This document shows, piece after piece, positions 55,701 to 64,000 of a stretch of 64,000 nucleotides of DNA. The number at the start of each line of letters is the position of its first letter. Position 1 is the first letter of the stretch. The translations under genes and the position numbers were made by a program. Source of the DNA: the human T2T-CHM13v2.0 reference genome, Homo sapiens; NCBI RefSeq assembly GCF_009914755.1, contig NC_060941.1; one strand, given 5' to 3'. The notes beneath the pieces were generated by a model. The model was not told where the DNA came from. It saw only the letters and a program-made list of their open reading frames with translations, and did not search any database.

Positions 55701-58700
55701 ATGTCTTTGGAAACGGGAATATCTTCACATAAAAACTAAACAGAAGCATTCTCAGAAACTTCTCTGTGATGTTTGTGTTCAACTCCCAGAGTTTCACATT
55801 GCTTTTCATAGAGTAGTTCTGAAACATGCTTTTCGTAGTGTCTACAAGTGGACATTTGGAGCGCTTTCAGGCCTGTGGTGGAAAACGAATTATGGTCACA
55901 TAAAAACTGGAGAGAAGCATTGTCAGAAACTTCTTTGTGATGATTGCATTCAACTCACAGAGTTGAAGGTTCCTTTTCAAAGAGCAGTTTCCAATCACTC
56001 TTTGTGTGGAATCTGCAAGTGGATATTTGGACCTATTTTGAAGATTTCGTTGGAAACGGGAGAATCTTCACAGGAAAGCTAAACAGAAGCATTCTCAGAA
56101 ACTTCTTTGTGATGCTTGCATTCAACTCACAGAGTTGAACTTTCCTTTCGAGAGAGAAGCTTTGAAACACTCTTTTTCCAGAATCTGCAAGTGGACATTT
56201 GGAGGGCTTTGAGGCCTGTGGTGGAAAAGGAATTATCTTCCCGTAAAAGCTAGATAGAAGCATTCTCAGAAACTACTTTGTGATGATTGCATTCAAGTCA
56301 CAGAGTTGAACATTCCCTTTGACAGAGCAGTTTGGAAACTCTCTTTGTGTAGAATCTGCAAGTGGAGATATGGACCGCTTTGAGGCCTATGGTAGTAAAG
56401 GAAATAGCTTCATATAAAAGCTAGACAGTAGCATTCACAGAAAACTCTTGGTGACGACTGAGTTTAACTCACAGAGCTGCACATTCCTTTGGATGGAGCA
56501 GTTTCGAAACACACTATTTGTAGAATGTGCAAGTGGATATTTAGGCCTCTCTGAGGATTTCGTTGGAAACGGGATAAACCGCACAGAACTAAACAGAAGC
56601 ATTCTCAGAACCTTCTTCGTGATGTTTGCATTCAACTCACAGTGTTGAACCTTTCTTTGATAGTTCAGGTTTGAAACGGTCTTTCTGTAGAAACTGCAAG
56701 TAGATATTTGGACCTCTCTGAGGATTTCGTTGGAAACGGGATAACCCGCACAGAACTAAAACAGAAGCATTCTCAGAACCCTCTTCGTGATGTTTGCATT
56801 CAACTCACAGTGCTGAACCTTTCTTTGATAGTTCAGCTTTGAAACACTCTTTTTGTAGAAACTGCAAGTGGATATTTGGTCCTCTCTGAGGATTTCGTTG
56901 GAAACGGGATAAACTGCACAGAACTAAACAGAAGCATTCTCAGAACCTTCTTCGTGATGTCTGCATTCAACTCACAGTGTGGAACCTTTCTTTGATAGTT
57001 CAGGTTTGAAACACTCTTTTTGTAGAAACTGCAAGGGGATAATTGCACTCTTTGAGGAGTACCGTAGTAAAGGAAATAACTTCCTATAAAAAGAAGACAG
57101 AAGCTTTCTCAGAAAATTCTTTGGGATGATTGAGTTGAACTCACAGAGCTGAGCATTCCTTGCGATGTAGCAGTTTAGAAACACACTTTCTGCAGAATCT
57201 GCAAGTGCATATTTGGACCTCTGTGAGGAATTCGTTGGAAACGGGATAATTTCAGCTGACTAAACAGAAGCAGTCTCAGAATCTTCTTTGTGATGTTTGC
57301 ATTCAAATCCCCGAGTTGAACTTTCCTTTCAAAGTTCACGTTTGAAACACTCTTTTTGCAGGATCTACAAGTGGATATTTGGACCACTCTGTGTCCTTCG
57401 TTCGAAACGGGTATATCTTCACATGACATCTAGACAGAAGCATCCTCAGAAGCTTCTCTGTGATGACTGCATTCAACTCACGGAGTTGAACACTCCTTTT
57501 GAGAGCGCAGTTTTGAAACTCTCTTTCTGTGGCATCTGCAAGGGGACATGTAGACCTCTTTGAAGATTTCGTTGGAAACGGAATCATCTTCACATAAAAA
57601 CTATACAGATGCATTCTCAGGAACTTTTTGGTGATGTTTGTATTCAACTCCCAGAGTTGAACTTTCCTTTGGAAAGAGCAGCTATGAAACACTGTTTTTC
57701 TAGAATCTGCAAGTGGACGTTTGGAGGGCTTTGTGGTTTGTGGTGGAAAAGGAAATATCTTCACCTAAATACTAGATAGAAGCATTCTCAGAAACTGCTT
57801 TGTGATGATTGCATTCACCTCACAGAGTTGAACATTCCTATTGATAGAGCAGTTTGGAAACACTCTTGTTGTGGAATGTGCAAGTGGAGATTTGGAGCGC
57901 TTTGAGGCCTATGGTAGTAAAGGGAATAGCTTCATAGAAAAACTAGACAGAAGCATTCTCAGAAAATACTTTGTGATGATTGAGTTTAACTCACAGAGCT
58001 GAACATTCCTTTGGATGGAGCAGGTTTGAGACACACCTTTTGTAGAATCTACAAGTGGATATTTGGACCTCTCTGAGGATTTCGTTGGAAACGGGATAAC
58101 TGCACCTAACTAAACGGAAGCATTCTCAGAAACTTCTTGGTGATGTTTGCATTCAAATCCCAGAGTTGAACCTTCCTTTGATAGTTCAGGTTTGAAACAC
58201 TCTTTTTGTAGGATCTGCAAGTGGATATTTGGACCACTCTGTGGCCTTCGTTCGAAACGGGTATATCTTCGCATAAAATCTAGACAGAAGCCTTCTCAGA
58301 AACTTCTCTGTGATGATTGCATTCAACTCACAGAGTTGAACCCTCCTATGGATAGAGCAGTGTTGAAACTCTCTTTTTGTGGAATCTGCAAGTGGATATG
58401 TGGACCTCTCCGAAGATGTCTTTGGAAACGGGAATATCTTCACATAAAAACTAAACAGAAGCATTCTCAGAAACTTCTCTGTGATGTTTGTGTTCAACTC
58501 CCAGAGTTTCACATTGCTTTTCATAGAGTAGTTCTGAAACATGCTTTTCGTAGTGTCTACAAGTGGACATTTGGAGCGCTTTCAGGCCTGTGGTGGAAAA
58601 CGAATTATGGTCACATAAAAACTGGAGAGAAGCATTGTCAGAAACTTCTTTGTGATGATTGCATTCAACTCACAGAGTTGAAGGTTCCTTTTCAAAGAGC

Positions 58701-61700
58701 AGTTTCCAATCACTCTTTCTGTGGAATCTGCAAGTGGATATTTGGACCTATTTTGAAGATTTCGTTGGAAACGGGAGAATCTTCACAGGAAAGCTAAACA
58801 GAAGCATTCTCAGAAACTTCTTTGTGATGCTTGCATTCAACTCACAGAGTTGAACTTTCCTTTCGAGAGAGAAGCTTTGAAACACTCTTTTTCCAGAATC
58901 TGCAAGTGGACATTTGGAGGGCTTTGAGGCCTGTGGTGGAAAAGGAATTATCTTCCCGTAAAAGCTAGATAGAAGCATTCTCAGAAACTACTTTGTGATG
59001 ATTGCATTCAAGTCACAGAGTTGAACATTCCCTTTGACAGAGCAGTTTGGAAACTCTCTTTGTGTAGAATCTGCAAGTGGAGATATGGACCGCTTTGAGG
59101 CCTATGGTAGTAAAGGAAATAGCTTCATATAAAAGCTAGACAGTAGCATTCACAGAAAACTCTTGGTGACGACTGAGTTTAACTCACAGAGCTGAACATT
59201 CCTTTGGATGGAGCAGTTTCGAAACACACTATTTGTAGAATGTGCAAGTGGATATTTAGGCCTCTCTGAGGATTTCGTTGGAAACGGGATAAACCGCACA
59301 GAACTAAACAGAAGCATTCTCAGAACCTTCTTCGTGATGTTTGCATTCAACTCACAGTGTTGAACCTTTCTTTGATAGTTCAGGTTTGAAACGGTCTTTC
59401 TGTAGAAACTGCAAGTAGATATTTGGACCTCTCTGAGGATTTCGTTGGAAACGGGATAACCCGCACAGAACTAAAACAGAAGCATTCTCAGAACCCTCTT
59501 CGTGATGTTTGCATTCAACTCACAGTGCTGAACCTTTCTTTGATAGTTCAGCTTTGAAACACTCTTTTTGTAGAAACTGCAAGTGGATATTTGGTCCTCT
59601 CTGAGCATTTCGTTGGAAACGGGATAAACTGCACAGAACTAAACAGAAGCATTCTCAGAACCTTCTTCGTGATGTCTGCATTCAACTCACAGTGTGGAAC
59701 CTTTCTTTGATAGTTCAGGTTTGAAACACTCTTTTTGTAGAAACTGCAAGGGGATAATTGCACTCTTTGAGGAGTACCGTAGTAAAGGAAATAACTTCCT
59801 ATAAAAAGAAGACAGAAGCTTTCTCAGAAAATTCTTTGGGATGATTGAGTTGAACTCACAGTGCTGAGCATTCCTTGCGATGTAGCAGTTTAGAAACACA
59901 CTTTCTGCAGAATCTGCAAGTGCATATTTGGACCTCTGTGAGGAATTCGTTGGAAACGGGATAATTTCAGCTGACTAAACAGAAGCAGTCTCAGAATCTT
60001 CTTTGTGATGTTTGCATTCAAATCCCCGAGTTGAACTTTCCTTTCAAAGTTCACGTTTGAAACACTCTTTTTGCAGGATCTACAAGTGGATATTTGGACC
60101 ACTCTGTGTCCTTCGTTCGAAACGGGTATATCTTCACATGACATCTAGACAGAAGCATCCTCAGAAGCTTCTCTGTGATGACTGCATTCAACTCACGGAG
60201 TTGAACACTCCTTTTGAGAGCGCAGTTTTGAAACTCTCTTTCTGTGGCATCTGCAAGGGGACATGTAGACCTCTTTGAAGATTTCGTTGGAAACGGAATC
60301 ATCTTCACATAAAAACTATACAGATGCATTCTCAGGAACTTTTTGGTGATGTTTGTATTCAACTCCCAGAGTTGAACTTTCCTTTGGAAAGAGCAGCTAT
60401 GAAACACTGTTTTTCTAGAATCTGCAAGTGGACGTTTGGAGGGCTTTGTGGTTTGTGGTGGAAAAGGAAATATCTTCACCTAAATACTAGATAGAAGCAT
60501 TCTCAGAAACTGCTTTGTGATGATTGCATTCACCTCACAGAGTTGAACATTCCTATTGATAGAGCAGTTTGGAAACACTCTTGTTGTGGAATGTGCAAGT
60601 GGAGATTTGGAGCGCTTTGAGGCCTATGGTAGTAAAGGGAATAGCTTCATAGAAAAACTAGACAGAAGCATTCTCAGAAAATACTTTGTGATGATTGAGT
60701 TTAACTCACAGAGCTGAACATTCCTTTGGATGGAGCAGGTTTGAGACACACCTTTTGTAGAATCTACAAGTGGATATTTGGACCTCTCTGAGGATTTCGT
60801 TGGAAACGGGATAACTGCACCTAACTAAACGGAAGCATTCTCAGAAACTTCTTGGTGATGTTTGCATTCAAATCCCAGAGTTGAACCTTCCTTTGATAGT
60901 TCAGGTTTGAAACACTCTTTTTGTAGGATCTGCAAGTGGATATTTGGACCACTCTGTGGCCTTCGTTCGAAACGGGTATATCTTCGCATAAAATCTAGAC
61001 AGAAGCCTTCTCAGAAACTTCTCTGTGATGATTGCATTCAACTCACAGAGTTGAACCCTCCTATGGATAGAGCAGTGTTGAAACTCTCTTTTTGTGGAAT
61101 CTGCAAGTGGATATGTGGACCTCTCCGAAGATGTCTTTGGAAACGGGAATATCTTCACATAAAAACTAAACAGAAGCATTCTCAGAAACTTCTCTGTGAT
61201 GTTTGTGTTCAACTCCCAGAGTTTCACATTGCTTTTCATAGAGTAGTTCTGAAACATGCTTTTCGTAGTGTCTACAAGTGGACATTTGGAGCGCTTTCAG
61301 GCCTGTGGTGGAAAACGAATTATGGTCACATAAAAACTGGAGAGAAGCATTGTCAGAAACTTCTTTGTGATGATTGCATTCAACTCACAGAGTTGAAGGT
61401 TCCTTTTCAAAGAGCAGTTTCCAATCACTCTTTCTGTGGAATCTGCAAGTGGATATTTGGACCTATTTTGAAGATTTCGTTGGAAACGGGAGAATCTTCA
61501 CAGGAAAGCTAAACAGAAGCATTCTCAGAAACTTCTTTGTGATGCTTGCATTCAACTCACAGAGTTGAACTTTCCTTTCGAGAGAGAAGCTTTGAAACAC
61601 TCTTTTTCCAGAATCTGCAAGTGGACATTTGGAGGGCTTTGAGGCCTGTGGTGGAAAAGGAATTATCTTCCCGTAAAAGCTAGATAGAAGCATTCTCAGA

Positions 61701-64000
61701 AACTACTTTGTGATGATTGCATTCAAGTCACAGAGTTGAACATTCCCTTTGACAGAGCAGTTTGGAAACTCTCTTTGTGTAGAATCTGCAAGTGGAGATA
61801 TGGACCGCTTTGAGGCCTATGGTAGTAAAGGAAATAGCTTCATATAAAAGCTAGACAGTAGCATTCACAGAAAACTCTTGGTGACGACTGAGTTTAACTC
61901 ACAGAGCTGAACATTCCTTTGGATGGAGCAGTTTCGAAACACACTATTTGTAGAATGTGCAAGTGGATATTTAGGCCTCTCTGAGGATTTCGTTGGAAAC
62001 GGGATAAACCGCACAGAACTAAACAGAAGCATTCTCAGAACCTTCTTCGTGATGTTTGCATTCAACTCACAGTGTTGAACCTTTCTTTGATAGTTCAGGT
62101 TTGAAACGGTCTTTCTGTAGAAACTGCAAGTAGATATTTGGACCTCTCTGAGGATTTCGTTGGAAACGGGATAACCCGCACAGAACTAAAACAGAAGCAT
62201 TCTCAGAACCCTCTTCGTGATGTTTGCATTCAACTCACAGTGCTGAACCTTTCTTTGATAGTTCAGCTTTGAAACACTCTTTTTGTAGAAACTGCAAGTG
62301 GATATTTGGTCCTCTCTGAGCATTTCGTTGGAAACGGGATAAACTGCACAGACCTAAACAGAAGCATTCTCAGAACCTTCTTCGTGATGTCTGCATTCAA
62401 CTCACAGTGTGGAACCTTTCTTTGATAGTTCAGGTTTGAAACACTCTTTTTGTAGAAACTGCAAGGGGATAATTGCACTCTTTGAGGAGTACCGTAGTAA
62501 AGGAAATAACTTCCTATAAAAAGAAGACAGAAGCTTTCTCAGAAAATTCTTTGGGATGATTGAGTTGAACTCACAGAGCTGAGCATTCCTTGTGATGTAG
62601 CAGTTTAGAAACACACTTTCTGCAGAATCTGCAAGTGCATATTTGGACCTCTGTGAGGAATTCGTTGGAAACGGGATAATTTCAGCTGACTAAACAGAAG
62701 CAGTCTCAGAATCTTCTTTGTGATGTTTGCATTCAAATCCCCGAGTTGAACTTTCCTTTCAAAGTTCACGTTTGAAACACTCTTTTTGCAGGATCTACAA
62801 GTGGATATTTGGACCACTCTGTGTCCTTCGTTCGAAACGGGTATATCTTCACATGACATCTAGACAGAAGCATCCTCAGAAGCTTCTCTGTGATGACTGC
62901 ATTCAACTCACGGAGTTGAACACTCCTTTTGAGAGCGCAGTTTTGAAACTCTCTTTCTGTGGCATCTGCAAGGGGACATGTAGACCTCTTTGAAGATTTC
63001 GTTGGAAACGGAATCATCTTCACATAAAAACTATACAGATGCATTCTCAGGAACTTTTTGGTGATGTTTGTATTCAACTCCCAGAGTTGAACTTTCCTTT
63101 GGAAAGAGCAGCTATGAAACACTGTTTTTCTAGAATCTGCAAGTGGACGTTTGGAGGGCTTTGTGGTTTGTGGTGGAAAAGGAAATATCTTCACCTAAAT
63201 ACTAGATAGAAGCATTCTCAGAAACTGCTTTGTGATGATTGCATTCACCTCACAGAGTTGAACATTCCTATTGATAGAGCAGTTTGGAAACACTCTTGTT
63301 GTGGAATGTGCAAGTGGAGATTTGGAGCGCTTTGAGGCCTATGGTAGTAAAGGGAATAGCTTCATAGAAAAACTAGACAGAAGCATTCTCAGAAAATACT
63401 TTGTGATGATTGAGTTTAACTCACAGAGCTGAACATTCCTTTGGATGGAGCAGGTTTGAGACACACCTTTTGTAGAATCTACAAGTGGATATTTGGACCT
63501 CTCTGAGGATTTCGTTGGAAACGGGATAACTGCACCTAACTAAACGGAAGCATTCTCAGAAACTTCTTGGTGATGTTTGCATTCAAATCCCAGAGTTGAA
63601 CCTTCCTTTGATAGTTCAGGTTTGAAACACTCTTTTTGTAGGATCTGCAAGTGGATATTTGGACCACTCTGTGGCCTTCGTTCGAAACGGGTATATCTTC
63701 GCATAAAATCTAGACAGAAGCCTTCTCAGAAACTTCTCTGTGATGATTGCATTCAACTCACAGAGTTGAACCCTCCTATGGATAGAGCAGTGTTGAAACT
63801 CTCTTTTTGTGGAATCTGCAAGTGGATATGTGGACCTCTCCGAAGATGTCTTTGGAAACGGGAATATCTTCACATAAAAACTAAACAGAAGCATTCTCAG
63901 AAACTTCTCTGTGATGTTTGTGTTCAACTCCCAGAGTTTCACATTGCTTTTCATAGAGTAGTTCTGAAACATGCTTTTCGTAGTGTCTACAAGTGGACAT
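25796..64000 (+). repeat. Fourteen full-length 16-mer HOR copies plus a 195-bp partial (phase starts 25796, 28511, 31226, 33941, 36656, 39371, 42086, 44801, 47516, 50231, 52946, 55661, 58376, 61091, 63806)
   Basis: 2715-bp periodicity resumes after the deletion and persists to the end of the window. Confidence 0.95.

Larger units (their letters stand above)
1..64000 (+). repeat. D17Z1: Centromeric alpha-satellite HOR array, 16-mer of 2715 bp, most likely human chr17 D17Z1 (SF3 pentameric family)
   Basis: Hallmark alphoid motifs (cattctcagaaacttctttgtgatg, ttcaactcacagagttgaac, tttcgttggaaacggga) recur every ~170 bp. The ORF track repeats with exact 2715-bp period (284, 2999, 5714...). A single GAATTC occurs per unit (1568, 4283, 6998...). 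A 2.7-kb EcoRI 16-mer is the established D17Z1 unit. Alpha-satellite identity is certain; the chromosome assignment is from recall. Confidence 0.93.

Noticed and set aside
53733-56648. New 66-aa ORF present in only two copies
   Set aside because: It results from one SNV (TGA to TGC at 53765/56480) removing a stop codon. It is a haplotype marker, not a gene.
1-64000. CRISPR-like appearance (conserved motifs alternating with variable segments)
   Set aside because: The variable segments are homologous monomer parts repeating with a 2715-bp period, not unique spacers, and there are no cas genes.
1-64000. Assignment to other SF3 arrays (DXZ1 12-mer, D11Z1 5-mer, chr1 11-mer, D17Z1-B 14-mer)
   Set aside because: The observed unit is 16 monomers / 2715 bp with one EcoRI site, which does not fit those unit sizes.

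Overview
The whole 64 kb is uninterrupted, single-orientation primate (human-type) centromeric alpha-satellite DNA. Monomers of 167-172 bp are organised into a 16-monomer higher-order repeat (HOR) of exactly 2715 bp with one EcoRI site per unit. The unit length, monomer count, pentamer-derived (suprachromosomal family 3, W1-W5) order and internal monomer triplication match the active human chromosome 17 array D17Z1 (p17H8-type 16-mer); this assignment is from recall, not from a search. The window holds 23 full 16-mers, one 1360-bp 8-monomer deletion variant (junction 25478-25520, across a CENP-B box) and a 195-bp partial unit. There are 8 intact CENP-B box cores per 16-mer. I see no genes, RNA genes, transposon insertions or inversions, and all ORFs in the track are satellite artefacts. 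I find no new gene system. The notable structure is the 8-mer junction, the spatially clustered and recombinant HOR SNV haplotypes, several CENP-B box knock-outs, and many SNVs that copy the allele of a different monomer. SNV lists were read by eye and may be incomplete.
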